Below are positions 48,701 to 57,617 of a stretch of 64,000 nucleotides of DNA, one piece after another. A model generated the notes under the pieces. That model did not search any database and was not told the DNA's origin. It saw only the letters and a program-made list of their open reading frames with translations. The stretch spans positions 271,532 through 335,531 of the forward strand of contig CAVXXB010000008.1 in assembly GCA_963765585.1 (NCBI GenBank). Direction: 5' to 3'. This DNA is from Calditrichia bacterium. Lineage in GTDB: Bacteria > Calditrichota > Calditrichia > JAJRVZ01. A program made the translations under genes and the position numbers. Each line of letters begins with the position of its first letter. Positions within the stretch are counted from its first letter, which is position 1.

Positions 48701-48919
48701 GTCCATGAGTTCCAGAATATCGCCATCTTCAGCTGCCTGAACGGCATCATAAAGCGTATTTTCACCAGCATATACACGATGAATAGTTGGACCTTGTGCC
48801 GTTGCATCCCAGCGCAAATCTCCCAAATTGAAACCATCATCCGCAGCACCGATACTGGCAGATCCAGCCATTGGTGTATAATCGACGATTGGCGGCATCT
48901 GTATACATCGGGTCTGCAT
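45797..48919 (-). CDS. Main part of a ~1354-aa multi-module T9SS cargo: duplicated beta-helix-like module (copy 2), three InlB-B-type repeats, a third beta-helix-like module, CTD
   Basis: Sense in this frame starts near 48887 (VDYTPMAGSASIG...). Repeats PGWKFDSWDG, TWAFVEWSGALSG, LGWEFAGWGDPLGG. C-terminal module is paralogous to 31639..33093. NYPNPFNPSTKIKF...MLMIK. Confidence 0.75.
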   Translation of the reverse strand: MQTRCIQMPPIVDYTPMAGSASIGAADDGFNLGDLRWDATAQGPTIHRVYAGENTLYDAVQAAEDGDILELMDNGGDYVYTMDSDKIEIDKVLTIRAREGLTERPVIRNDRPGGSTSMRNIEVLSGGSLTLIGLEFDGSLNGAPMAKQALRLNAGDSTSMFLKIDDCYFHDYTENFLRGYLKTVIDTFIVTNTISTGAIREGWNLYDTGGDGPAMNYVLFENVTITNVGREAIQFGSAAVGYNPEVIINHVTMDSTSLTNDDRVIRIDGGTLYPTNVTIKNCIMSNQMGGQSESVDLYGTSTISYTDTFNVRPVDTGESSSIGAGMIDEDPLYKDAAMLDYRLATNSPARGAADDAKAMGDLRWETDPGQFLLQVKTDGNGIVAVDPAGPFYDSGATVTLTADPDPGWKFDSWDGVLVFPPNNPVATVTMDDNKTVTAKFVDVKPRVAFSASSVGLGHVVLNPEPVEDTYAVGTSVTITAVPDSSTWAFVEWSGALSGSENPKTFKVDSAMDVTATFASTLTQFALAFDIVGQGSIDASPEPVIDTYDTATVVELTAVPDLGWEFAGWGDPLGGMANPDTVQMDSNITLTVNFTEANVPGGVLKIDTTWDLRDAVEFANNNSQVDTIMLITSGGLYKTISNSDMTVMKPLVVLAESGLAEKPVIINAAADKSGDDIFRVFDDFTLIGVVLDGGHEMTHGPKYGIRLANTSDDTVKAGADITVKDVDFYNFFQGKSLTADGHAFNIQTNIKAGDVHFEDCLFDGTGYEALRISDTEKWVTDGALESLTVRNCTFTNIDAECVRYYSDLDAATPDAPVLLEHLTIDNSATRVFYLKNSGGAIVRDIIISNSRTSGHGRDSDLMDAQGNTDIPSFVSHIDTFQVREVPIKAADGEIDSTTIFGFDPMYEDPENYNWTLMGGSELYGISFSGLAIGDLNWADSTLSSVEEFGEGTVPLVYSLDQNYPNPFNPSTKIKFSIKEAGMTTLKVYDVLGREVAVLVDKEMTAGTHIVDFHNTNLATGLYFYQIKSRNFMATKKMLMIK

Positions 48920-49765
48920 CGATCATTCCAAGACCAATGGTGGAGGATTGCCTGATATCCACAGGACGGACATTAAAGGTATCGGTATAGGAGATTGTAG
49001 AGGTACCGAATAAATCGACAGATTCTTGATATGACGCCCATTTGATTGGACATAATACTATTTTTAATCGTTGCATTGGTCACATCGATAGTACCACCGA
49101 TCAATACGAATCACCCTGTCATCGTTTGCCAGGGAGGTAGAGTCCATTGTGACATGGTTAATGATCACTTCGGGATTATAACCGACTGCAGCACTACCAA
49201 ACTGAATCGCTTCCCGTCCGACATTTGTGATAGTTACATTCTCAAACAGCACATAATTCATCGCCGGGCCATCACCGCCAGTGTCATACAAGTTCCAGCC
49301 TTCGCGGATTGCGCCTGTTGAAATAGTATTTGTTACAATAAATGTATCGATTACTGTTTTTAAATAACCTCTTAGAAAATTTTCAGTATAATCATGAAAA
49401 TAACAGTCATCGATTTTTAAAAACATTGATGTCGAGTCACCTGCATTCAGACGCAGGGCCTGTTTTGCCATTGGAGCACCATTGAGACTACCATCAAATT
49501 CAAGGCCGATCAACGTCAGGCTGCCACCGGAAAGAACTTCCAGGTTGCGCATACTGGTGCTGCCTCCGGGACGCTCATTGCGAATAACCGGTCTTTCTGC
49601 CAGGCCCTCCAGGGCTCTGATGGTGAGGATTTTGTCGACTTCTATTTTATCCGAATCCATCGTATAAACATAGTCACCGCCACTATCCATCAGTTCAATA
49701 ATATCACCACTTGCTGCTGCCTGTATGGCATCATACAGCGTATTTTCACCGGCATATACAGCATG
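47798..49765. repeat. In-gene tandem duplication, 2 x 984 bp (328 codons per unit)
   Basis: The His of ..VHAVYAGENT at 49765 and of ..IHRVYAGENT at 48781 are 984 nt apart. The core ~420 nt are near-identical. Confidence 0.85.
48837..49076 (-). pseudogene. Middle fragment of the same gene, caught between two frame disruptions
   Basis: SYQESVDLFGTSTISYTDTFNVRPVD...GMIDADPMYTDAAN aligns with GQSESVDLYGTSTISYTDTFNVRPVD...GMIDEDPLYKDAAM of copy 2. Confidence 0.6.
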
Positions 49766-49858
49766 CACGGTTTGTGCTGCTACCGGGCCCCATCCAAGCG
49801 CCAGGATAGCTACGAACACAAATAAACTAAGTAACTTCGAGTTCATGTTTCCCTCCAA
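49064..49858 (-). CDS. N-terminal part of the same gene: signal peptide + copy 1 of the duplicated module
   Basis: Signal peptide LLSLFVFVAILALGWGPVAAQ. A 141-aa stretch differs from copy 2 by a single A/T replacement. Ends in out-of-frame residues after an extra base near 49099. Confidence 0.72.
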   Translation of the reverse strand: MEGNMNSKLLSLFVFVAILALGWGPVAAQTVHAVYAGENTLYDAIQAAASGDIIELMDSGGDYVYTMDSDKIEVDKILTIRALEGLAERPVIRNERPGGSTSMRNLEVLSGGSLTLIGLEFDGSLNGAPMAKQALRLNAGDSTSMFLKIDDCYFHDYTENFLRGYLKTVIDTFIVTNTISTGAIREGWNLYDTGGDGPAMNYVLFENVTITNVGREAIQFGSAAVGYNPEVIINHVTMDSTSLANDDRVIRIDRWYYRCDQCND

Positions 49859-49987
49859 TTAATAAATGATTTATTTAAGGTGTTGATAGAACAATAATGA
49901 TGTTCATGCCCTCCTTTCGATTTTTAATTGAACAATTGTTGAAGAATTTTGAAAATTAATCATATTATATTTATACCATTAGCCACA

Positions 49988-50085
49988 GGCTATCAGTTAT
50001 CTGCTGTCGGCTATCAGTTAAAGGCATTTCCATAAATGTGATTATAATTAATAGCCGATAGCTGAGAGCAGACAGCGGATAGCCA
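49988..50085. repeat. Imperfect inverted repeat built from GGCTATC/GATAGCC words
   Basis: GGCTATCAGTTATCTGCTGTCGGCTATCAGTT ... AATAGCCGATAGCTGAGAGCAGACAGCGGATAGCC. Related words occur at 33191-33227 and 33301-33324. Confidence 0.6.
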
Positions 50086-50087
50086 AT

Positions 50088-50414
50088 TTATTCCAGAAAA
50101 TCTTCTCTCAAGGGCGAAAACGTATCGATCAAAACGCCACTTTCCAGACAAACCGCGCCGTGCAATACATCCGAAGGAATCACAAAGGCATCTCCTGCTT
50201 CCAGGACTTCTTTTTTTCCACCAATATTGACTTCAAATTTTCCGGAAATTACATATGACACCTGTTGATGATGATGTTGATGTTCGTAACCGATAGCACC
50301 TTTTTCGAAATTAACTTTTACCAGCATAATATCAGAATCATATCCCATTATCTGCCGGGTCATTCCGGGTGCGACCTCTTCAACTTCAATCTGACTACTT
50401 TTTATATGACTCAT
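50088..50414 (-). CDS. kdgF: Cupin KdgF (unsaturated uronate linearisation)
   Basis: 108 aa. GYEHQHHHQQVSYVISGKFE...GDAFVIPSDVLHG cupin metal site. Confidence 0.8.
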   Translation of the reverse strand: MSHIKSSQIEVEEVAPGMTRQIMGYDSDIMLVKVNFEKGAIGYEHQHHHQQVSYVISGKFEVNIGGKKEVLEAGDAFVIPSDVLHGAVCLESGVLIDTFSPLREDFLE

Positions 50415-50534
50415 TTATTTCTCCAAATTTTAATGTAATAAACCACAGAGTACACTGAGAACTTTGAATTAAAATTGGCAATTAGCGATTGGCAAATTTT
50501 GCCAATTACCAATTACAAATTACGAATTACATTT

Positions 50535-51842
50535 CTAATCAATACTCTTTCCATTAACCGGTAACAATTTTCCGCCAAAGTAAAAGACAGCCAGAACACC
50601 CAGCGGTACAAAGAGTGCAATTATCACAAAAGCCGGTGTAAATGACGTTTTTGTTATGACAGGAACTAAAAAGTTTAAGACGATGACTGAAAAAACGCCT
50701 ACCGTACCACCCAAACCGGCCAGACTGCCAACCGATGAACCTTTGAAAATATCACTGGGAATGGTCTGGATGTTACCAATTGAGAACTGAAATCCAAATA
50801 AAACAAAAGCAACGATTACTACAAATTTTTCAGGGGTGTCGGCAAAAAAGATGGTGGTTACCAGACCCAGGAACATTAAAGTGGAACCAATTGTAATCGC
50901 TTCTTTTCTTGCCCGGCCAATTTCTTTTCCTTTTGCCAGGAGTTTTCCGCTATACCAGCCACCGGCAATACTGCCAAATGCGGCGCCGACATAAGGCACC
51001 CAGGCAAACGCACCGATTGATTTTACATCAAAGCCATAGGTTGCCGCCAGATATATGGGCATCCAGCCAACAAATAACCACCAGATCGGTTCGTGAAAGA
51101 AACGTGATATCAGAACCGCCCAGGATTCTTTATGCGCTAATATTTGAGGAATACTCAATTTGTCATCCTGATTTTCGGTTGGCGAAATTTCTGCAGGTCT
51201 GCCTTCAAGAATATATTTTCTTTCTTCTTCGGTAATCCATGGATGTTTTTCCGGGGTTGTTTTGTTCAGAATAATCCAGGGAATGATCCATATAAAACCC
51301 AATGCACCCAAGGCAAAAAAAGTAACCTGCCAGCCAAATACAACAAACAGAATGGCAATCAATGGCGGTGAAATAACCGAACCGATCGATGCACCGGCAT
51401 TAAAAATTCCCTGGGCAACCGCCCTTTCTTTCTGCGGGAACCACTCGGCATTAGATTTAACTGCACCGGGCCAGTTGCCCGCCTCACCAACAGCAAGAAA
51501 TGCACGAAATATACTAAAACTTAATACCGAACGTGCAACCGAATGTAACATCGTGGCAATACTCCATACTGTTATAGAGAGTACAAATCCGAGACGCGTG
51601 CCTATTTTGTCAAATATTCTTCCCATCAGGGACTGTCCAATGGCATAAAAAACCATAAAAATGTTCAGGATAATCGCATACTGCTGTTTGGCAACATCCT
51701 GGGTAGTATAACCAAGATCTTTGGCAATGCAATCACCTTCGGCCCACCACATGACACCCAGAGCCGAGCGGTCGATATAGTTTATTACGGTTCCAATGGC
51801 GATCAGAAATATAATCCACCAGCGTAATCCCTTAATTTTCAT
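50535..51842 (-). CDS. MFS transporter, ACS/hexuronate (ExuT)-like
   Basis: LRWWIIFLIAIGTVINYIDRSAL, 12 transmembrane segments. Confidence 0.8.
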   Translation of the reverse strand: MKIKGLRWWIIFLIAIGTVINYIDRSALGVMWWAEGDCIAKDLGYTTQDVAKQQYAIILNIFMVFYAIGQSLMGRIFDKIGTRLGFVLSITVWSIATMLHSVARSVLSFSIFRAFLAVGEAGNWPGAVKSNAEWFPQKERAVAQGIFNAGASIGSVISPPLIAILFVVFGWQVTFFALGALGFIWIIPWIILNKTTPEKHPWITEEERKYILEGRPAEISPTENQDDKLSIPQILAHKESWAVLISRFFHEPIWWLFVGWMPIYLAATYGFDVKSIGAFAWVPYVGAAFGSIAGGWYSGKLLAKGKEIGRARKEAITIGSTLMFLGLVTTIFFADTPEKFVVIVAFVLFGFQFSIGNIQTIPSDIFKGSSVGSLAGLGGTVGVFSVIVLNFLVPVITKTSFTPAFVIIALFVPLGVLAVFYFGGKLLPVNGKSID

Positions 51843-52026
51843 TTACAACCTCCGCTCTGTGTGTTTTGATTCAGTTTGTATCATTTCAGAAAGATAGACC
51901 CTGAAACGAGTTTAGGGTGACCAAATTTTCGTCATCCCGAACTTGTTTCGGGATCTGTTCTGCATCACAATTTGACACAACCTTTCAGCTATCGGCCTCA
52001 GTTAAATATTTAAAAAACTTTATCAT

Positions 52027-52053
52027 AGGGACACGGCATGCCGTGTCCCTACG
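52027..52053. repeat. Hairpin repeat GGACACGGCATGCCGTGTCCCTACG, copy downstream of the PL17 gene
   Basis: AGGGACACGGCATGCCGTGTCCCTACG. Confidence 0.8.
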
Positions 52054-52097
52054 TTTGATAATTTACATCAATCAAACCGAGAGTAGATATCAAATAT

Positions 52098-53945
52098 TTA
52101 TTTAAGCATCACACTATAATTTCCACTCCAGGTATATTCCTGCGATCCAAATTTCACATGCATTGCTTCAGATTCTGAAGACACACCATTATTTACCATC
52201 ACTTGCCAGCGAATATTGTTCTGCCCTAATACTTCCACTACAGTGCCCGTCTCATTATGACCAATTATGCGTACTGTTTGAATTACCGGTTTTGCGTTAA
52301 CCGATTTTTCCTGCGCTTCATTAAAGTAACCGTGAGGTTCAATCACAGATGCAAACACACAATCCCCGGCTTCTGTCCTGGCAATATACAACGGCTCCGA
52401 ACGAAGGTTGAAGTTGGGATCGTTGGCGCCGATACCGCCGAATATCATTTCACTTTGCTCTGAAACAGCAGTTGAAACAGTATAGTATCTATTTCCATTC
52501 AACCATGTCACCTGTGTTGTATTTTCCGATTTTTCCGATTTACCTTCGTTCCAGATATGCTGATAACCGAAATTATCACCTAACGGTTTTTTTACCGTGA
52601 CATTTGTCTCATATTCAAAGTTTGTCATCATTAACTGACCGGTAAAATGGACGGGATAATCATATACATGCGAGTCATTACTTTCCAGACGATAAATATC
52701 AATAACTGCAGGATATTCAAGACGATCATCCTTTACCAGAAACATTGTTCGCTGCATCTTCACACCAGGATAATGATTATCTGCACGGGCACTCATGACC
52801 TGAACATCCGGTTTTGACATATCAAAAAAGTGACGTTTTCCGGATGTGGCCTCTGCCTCTTTCCTGTTGTAATTATTCTGAGTGTTTTGATCGACCACCA
52901 CTGTATTATGAGCAATGGTTTGCTTGGCATATGATTTATTTTCCGGGAGATACCTGCCGCCAAATTTGGTTTCTATATTTATCCAGCGGCCAAATCCATA
53001 GTCATTAATAATTTCACGCCCCTGCTGATAAAAAATATAGTGCAATTTATCAAAATGTCCGTGTCCTTCGCCGTGGACACCATATTTCATAAGCAACATG
53101 GTTTGAGATTTACCTTCACCGGTTCTTAATATTCCCAATCCACCCTGTTGGCCATCATAACCATCAGAAAATTCCACGCTTGGCCAGGTAAAATCGGGAA
53201 CGTTTTTCATTTCGTGATAATCCTGGGCCACTTTTAATCCGGCGCCGTTAAGTATGACCTCACCCTGTACATTTTTTACACCAAGTAAATTGATATCTTT
53301 TCCGTAACGATAATAACCAATATCGGTCGCTATTACGGGACCAGCGGCGGTAATATTCATTGTTTTTGAGGCATCGTTTATTGGCGGAAATGTGCCATCC
53401 GGAAAAGTGGTCATCAGGGTTGCGTACAGTGCTTTCTTTAATATCCCATCCCGGTATTCATATATTTTAATTTCAGGACGATTGCGCTCAAGTGCATCGG
53501 CAAACAGAAAGAATGGCCTGAGTGCGTAACGAATATAATACGGCCCTTCCATATAGTACCCGTCGGGTGAAAATAAAAGATCCAGTTGTTTCAGAAAGCC
53601 GCCCTCTCCATCTTTATTTGTCCCGTAAAGTGCCATATCGATAAGATTTTGATCATTCAGCACTATTCCAAGCATGCCAATCGAAGCGACAGTCCAGGTA
53701 CCGTGATTATGTATCCGGTTGAATTCTCTTGCATGATCAACCGTAAACCTGGGAATAATAACTTTGAAGATGTTCTTCTCAATTTTTTCGCGTTCCACCG
53801 GCGTGAGATAATTCATAAATACAATCATAGGCCTGTCCGGTATACACCAACCACACTGTCTCATTGAGCATTTGATGAAACAATCTTCCCGGTGCCTGAT
53901 TATGTGCCATTGGGTGTGGGCCCAATTTTGGATAAAACTCGGCAT
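52098..53945 (-). CDS. PL17 oligo-alginate lyase, C-terminal ~570 aa (frameshift-split near 53812)
   Basis: YLTPVEREKIE, RIHNHGTWTVAS, SPDGYYMEGPYYIRYALRPFFLFADA, PPINDASK, HGHFDKL. Confidence 0.8.
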   Translation of the reverse strand: MPSFIQNWAHTQWHIIRHREDCFIKCSMRQCGWCIPDRPMIVFMNYLTPVEREKIEKNIFKVIIPRFTVDHAREFNRIHNHGTWTVASIGMLGIVLNDQNLIDMALYGTNKDGEGGFLKQLDLLFSPDGYYMEGPYYIRYALRPFFLFADALERNRPEIKIYEYRDGILKKALYATLMTTFPDGTFPPINDASKTMNITAAGPVIATDIGYYRYGKDINLLGVKNVQGEVILNGAGLKVAQDYHEMKNVPDFTWPSVEFSDGYDGQQGGLGILRTGEGKSQTMLLMKYGVHGEGHGHFDKLHYIFYQQGREIINDYGFGRWINIETKFGGRYLPENKSYAKQTIAHNTVVVDQNTQNNYNRKEAEATSGKRHFFDMSKPDVQVMSARADNHYPGVKMQRTMFLVKDDRLEYPAVIDIYRLESNDSHVYDYPVHFTGQLMMTNFEYETNVTVKKPLGDNFGYQHIWNEGKSEKSENTTQVTWLNGNRYYTVSTAVSEQSEMIFGGIGANDPNFNLRSEPLYIARTEAGDCVFASVIEPHGYFNEAQEKSVNAKPVIQTVRIIGHNETGTVVEVLGQNNIRWQVMVNNGVSSESEAMHVKFGSQEYTWSGNYSVMLK

Positions 53946-54285
53946 ACTGCATGAGCATATTTTTTACAAAAGCGGCATATTTATCCTGACCCGTTATTAC
54001 ATACAAAACCCCGGCCTGCTGCATATCCCGGTAATTTTGTTTGTGTCTTTCATGGGCATAGCCACCGCCTTCACCTGGTGGTGGAAGGTCGGGTGCGATG
54101 TCGATGATGCCGTCGATATAAGATTTGGACTTGTTAAATGATGCATCAAGTAATTCATAATTACCAAGGGCATTTTTGATATTCTGGCCCTCTTTTTTAT
54201 TTATGAATAAGCTGGGATGATCTGAAAATCCTGTATTTGTAAAAATGAAAATTAGAGTAAGTATCAGAAATGTTGTTTTTGTCAT
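53779..54285 (-). CDS. PL17 oligo-alginate lyase, N-terminal part
   Basis: Start set at MTKTTFLILTL. HPSLFINKKE, GGYAHERHKQNY, LFHQMLNETVWLVYTGQAYDCIY, then out of frame. Confidence 0.8.
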   Translation of the reverse strand: MTKTTFLILTLIFIFTNTGFSDHPSLFINKKEGQNIKNALGNYELLDASFNKSKSYIDGIIDIAPDLPPPGEGGGYAHERHKQNYRDMQQAGVLYVITGQDKYAAFVKNMLMQYAEFYPKLGPHPMAHNQAPGRLFHQMLNETVWLVYTGQAYDCIYELSHAGGTRKN

Positions 54286-54342
54286 TATATGATTACTTTT
54301 TTTTACCACTGGGCACACAGAGTAATAATTATTTTATTATTT

Positions 54343-54367
54343 GGACACGGCATGCCGTGTCCCTACG
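54343..54367. repeat. Hairpin repeat GGACACGGCATGCCGTGTCCCTACG, copy upstream of the PL17 gene, same orientation
   Basis: Exact 25-nt match to the copy at 52029-52053. Confidence 0.8.
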
Positions 54368-54498
54368 AAAACCATCGGCCAATTAACAATTGCGAATGGT
54401 TATTTCTGCTTTAGGGGATTCTTCACTGCGCTGCGCTACGTTCAGAATTACACCCGTTTTTAATCTCTAATTCCTAATTTCTAACTTCTAATTGCTTT

Positions 54499-55203
54499 TT
54501 ACGGCATATATAAACCGCCGTTCACCTCGATGGTTTGTCCGGTCATGTAATCTGCCAGGTGTGATGCCAGGAATAGCACCACATTTGCGATATCTTCGGG
54601 TTTTCCGGCACGACCAAGTGGTACCATTGAGGGAATCTTTTCATGAACCTCTTTGGGAGTGAAAGTATTGTGAAAAACGGTATTTCCAATAAAACCTGGC
54701 GCTACACAATTGACCGTAATACCATGAGGTGCCAGTTCTTTTGCCAGTGACTTCGTAAAAGTCCAGATTCCACCTTTTGATGCCGCATATGCAGCAGCGC
54801 CACCACCACCGCCATCATGTGCAGCCTGAGAAGACAAGTTGATAACCCGGGCATTTTTCTTTTTCTTCAATTCCGGCATAATCACACTGGAGACGACAAA
54901 AGAGGTTTTCAGATTTACATCGATTACCGTTTGAAAATGTGCATCATCAAAATCCGCAACCGGAACCCGGCCAACCAGACCACCGGCATTATTGACCAGA
55001 ATATCGATGCCATCACCCAATTTCTTTGCTCCGGCAACCAGTTTTTGTGCTTCTTCTTTTTTTGTTACATCAGCAATCACCGCTTCAACTTTTCCACCGG
55101 CTTTACGAATTCCATCGGCAGCAGCGTTTAATTTTTCTTCATCCTGATGATTGTTGATGACCACACCGGCACCGGCCTCGGCCAGCGTGCGGGCAATCTG
55201 CAA
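54499..55203 (-). CDS. Short-chain dehydrogenase/reductase (KduD / DEH-reductase-like). The true start is probably the ATG at 55264, with a frame disruption near 55235.
   Basis: NNAGG, SSQAAHDG...YAASKGG (YxxxK). Upstream MKIDLTGKVV then VVTGSIQGIG lies in the adjacent frame. Confidence 0.8.
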   Translation of the reverse strand: MQIARTLAEAGAGVVINNHQDEEKLNAAADGIRKAGGKVEAVIADVTKKEEAQKLVAGAKKLGDGIDILVNNAGGLVGRVPVADFDDAHFQTVIDVNLKTSFVVSSVIMPELKKKKNARVINLSSQAAHDGGGGGAAAYAASKGGIWTFTKSLAKELAPHGITVNCVAPGFIGNTVFHNTFTPKEVHEKIPSMVPLGRAGKPEDIANVVLFLASHLADYMTGQTIEVNGGLYMP

Positions 55204-55337
55204 GCCAATACCCTGAATACTACCTGTAACAACAGACTACTTTTCCTGTAAGATCAATCTTCATCTTTAACCCTCTCCCATTTATATTTTAATTACAATA
55301 TTTATATCTGTATCGCTATCTATATCCTGAATCAATG

Positions 55338-56084
55338 TCATTCCGCAAGAACGAGTTCACCTTCAATTGATTTTAACATGGCATTAGAGTGTTCTTCTGC
55401 CAGCAGCATATGTTCGCCCATAACTTCAAATGCGCCCTGACTATCCCGTTGCAATATCATTTCCAGGATGCGTTTGTGATGTTGCTGGGCAGTGCTTTTT
55501 ACATGTACAATATTTGCATATATCAGCGTCTTAATTTTGGGCATAAAATCATAAATAGGCTTAATCATCATTGGAATAATTGGATTTGCACATGATTCAG
55601 CAATTTTTAAATGAAAATCACGGTCGAGCAAACCTTCTTTATCAAAATTTTCTTCAGTGCATTTATCCAGTTTTGCCAGAATCTGCTCAAGTTGGGCGGC
55701 TTCTTCATCTGTACGATTTTGAGCGGCGCGTCGGGCTATTTCCGGCTCCATCATTTTTCTGATATCAACAAACTGACGAATCGAGTCATGACTAAAATTC
55801 ATTTCAAAATAAAGCTGCATCGGCCGCATGACGTCGGCTGTTGAATACTTGGTCACATAAATGCCGCTGCCTTTTCTGATGGCAATGAGTCCACGTGCAG
55901 ATAACATGCGCAAGGCTTCGCGCAATGCTGTACGACTCACACCAAACATGGCACATAATTCATTTTCTGTGGGTAGTTTTTCGCCTGGTAGAATTTTCTT
56001 TTCGCGTATTACTTCTTCAATTTTGCCCTCAACCTGCTGGCTGAGTGTCATATCATTCCTGATTTTATTGAACAAGGAGGACAT
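55338..56084 (-). CDS. GntR-family transcriptional regulator, FadR/FCD subfamily
   Basis: LPTENELCAMFGVSRTALREALRMLSARGLI winged helix-turn-helix, helical C-terminal FCD-like domain. Confidence 0.88.
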   Translation of the reverse strand: MSSLFNKIRNDMTLSQQVEGKIEEVIREKKILPGEKLPTENELCAMFGVSRTALREALRMLSARGLIAIRKGSGIYVTKYSTADVMRPMQLYFEMNFSHDSIRQFVDIRKMMEPEIARRAAQNRTDEEAAQLEQILAKLDKCTEENFDKEGLLDRDFHLKIAESCANPIIPMMIKPIYDFMPKIKTLIYANIVHVKSTAQQHHKRILEMILQRDSQGAFEVMGEHMLLAEEHSNAMLKSIEGELVLAE

Positions 56085-56098
56085 ATCAGAGGCTCCAG

Positions 56099-56144
56099 AT
56101 TTGTAATATGTATGATGAATTTAAAATAATACATAATACAAAAA
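56099..56144. promoter_or_regulatory. Two inverted copies of TTTGTAwTATGTAT flanking the -10 element of the GntR promoter
   Basis: Plus strand ATTTGTAATATGTAT at 56099-56113. Minus strand TTTGTATTATGTATTA at 56129-56144. Confidence 0.3.
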
Positions 56145-56151
56145 ATGTCAA
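56123..56151 (-). promoter_or_regulatory. Sigma70-like promoter candidate for the GntR regulator gene
   Basis: The same TTGACA-N17-TATTTT arrangement on the minus strand, about 40 nt upstream of the ATG at 56084. Confidence 0.4.
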
Positions 56152-56577
56152 GATTGAATTTGGTAATTTGGTTATCATGGTTTAATTTTTAAAAAAAGTC
56201 CTTGAGTACCTTAGTCCCTGAGTTTAGGCACATAGGCACAGAGTACTTTTTACTTCAACATTTAATATTCGAAATTTTTAATTTCAAAAGGTCCCTGAGT
56301 TTAAAAAGTGACAAAGTGTTTCTTTGCTATTTTAGTGCCTTTCAAGAAAAAAAATGTAAAATGTCCAAATCCGAATGACAAATCAATATCAAATATCCAA
56401 ATCTAAATATCACCTGAGTGCACAAATCAAATTTCTGAATGAGGAGAAAAGTTAACATTGAGACATTGGGGCTTGATTTGTCATTTTTGCTTGGTCATTG
56501 GTAATTAATTGCATTATTCAACTTTGTCGCTCTGTCGCTTTGTAACTTTGTCACTTTTTTGCTTGAATTCATCTCCA

Positions 56578-57603
56578 TTAAAATGAAAATCCTACAGAAA
56601 AGCGGTTTACACCTGAGAATATGTCAATATTTGAATATGAATAATTAAATTCAATATTATTATTACCTATATCCGTATCGAGACCAATACCAGCTGACCA
56701 GGAAGCCAGATCACGGTTGGTTTGATATCCTGCTCTCAGCGCAATCAGTTGCCAGAATTTATACTCCAATCCAAAATTAAATCTTTCAGAGAAATTATTT
56801 GGTTGAACAAAATCAACAGCCATGAGCAGATTAGTGTCCTTGTCATGTTCAGGATAGACAAGATCAAGTATGTCCATTGCTGCACCCAGTGTAAAAGTCA
56901 TTGGTAATTGTTCATATATTTCTTCCCGCTTTAAGTCCGAGGAAAAATTTCGGATAGTCATACCAAAACGGAAACTCTTTAAGCCTGTATAGTACTTTAC
57001 CCCGGCATCAAAGATCAGTTTGGTGGCATCATTATCTTTGAGGTTATCCGTCATATAGGTCTGGCCAAGATTCTGACCGGCCAGCCTGATACTCCCGCCT
57101 AAAAAGAACTGGTCACTGATAGATTTAGCATAACTGATACCAAATGTATATGCTGCCACATTATCAACCGGTCCAGTATCTTTATATCCCAGAGGATACG
57201 ACCCGCTTTCTGAACTATGAAGCAATTGCGTACCATTAATCGTGCCATAATCCACACTCAAAAAACTTACACCCAGCGTTCCATAAATACCGGCATTCCA
57301 GGCCGCCGCCCCGGCCATATAATTGATATCGGCAATCCACTGTGTCACGAAAAATTTGACTTCAAAACTTCTTTCCATTTCAACTAGAGCTGCAGGATTG
57401 CTGAAGATACTCTCAATCCCAGTTCCTGTGGCATTATTGGCTTCACCCATGGCACTGGCCTGAGGAGATATATTGACCAGGAGAAAACTCATTGTGCTCT
57501 GGGCAATCTTGTTCAGTCCCACCTGGGCTGTGGCATGTGGGATCATAAATGATATAATTATAAGGATTGTGTTAAGTACACGAATGCTTTTCATGCAAGC
57601 CAT
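56578..57603 (-). CDS. PorV/PorQ-like outer-membrane beta-barrel protein (second copy)
   Basis: STMSFLLVNISPQASAMGEANNATGTGIESIFSNPAAL. Ends ...RFSVGFSF. Confidence 0.62.
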   Translation of the reverse strand: MACMKSIRVLNTILIIISFMIPHATAQVGLNKIAQSTMSFLLVNISPQASAMGEANNATGTGIESIFSNPAALVEMERSFEVKFFVTQWIADINYMAGAAAWNAGIYGTLGVSFLSVDYGTINGTQLLHSSESGSYPLGYKDTGPVDNVAAYTFGISYAKSISDQFFLGGSIRLAGQNLGQTYMTDNLKDNDATKLIFDAGVKYYTGLKSFRFGMTIRNFSSDLKREEIYEQLPMTFTLGAAMDILDLVYPEHDKDTNLLMAVDFVQPNNFSERFNFGLEYKFWQLIALRAGYQTNRDLASWSAGIGLDTDIGNNNIEFNYSYSNIDIFSGVNRFSVGFSF

Positions 57604-57617
57604 CTCCTGTTACTGAA

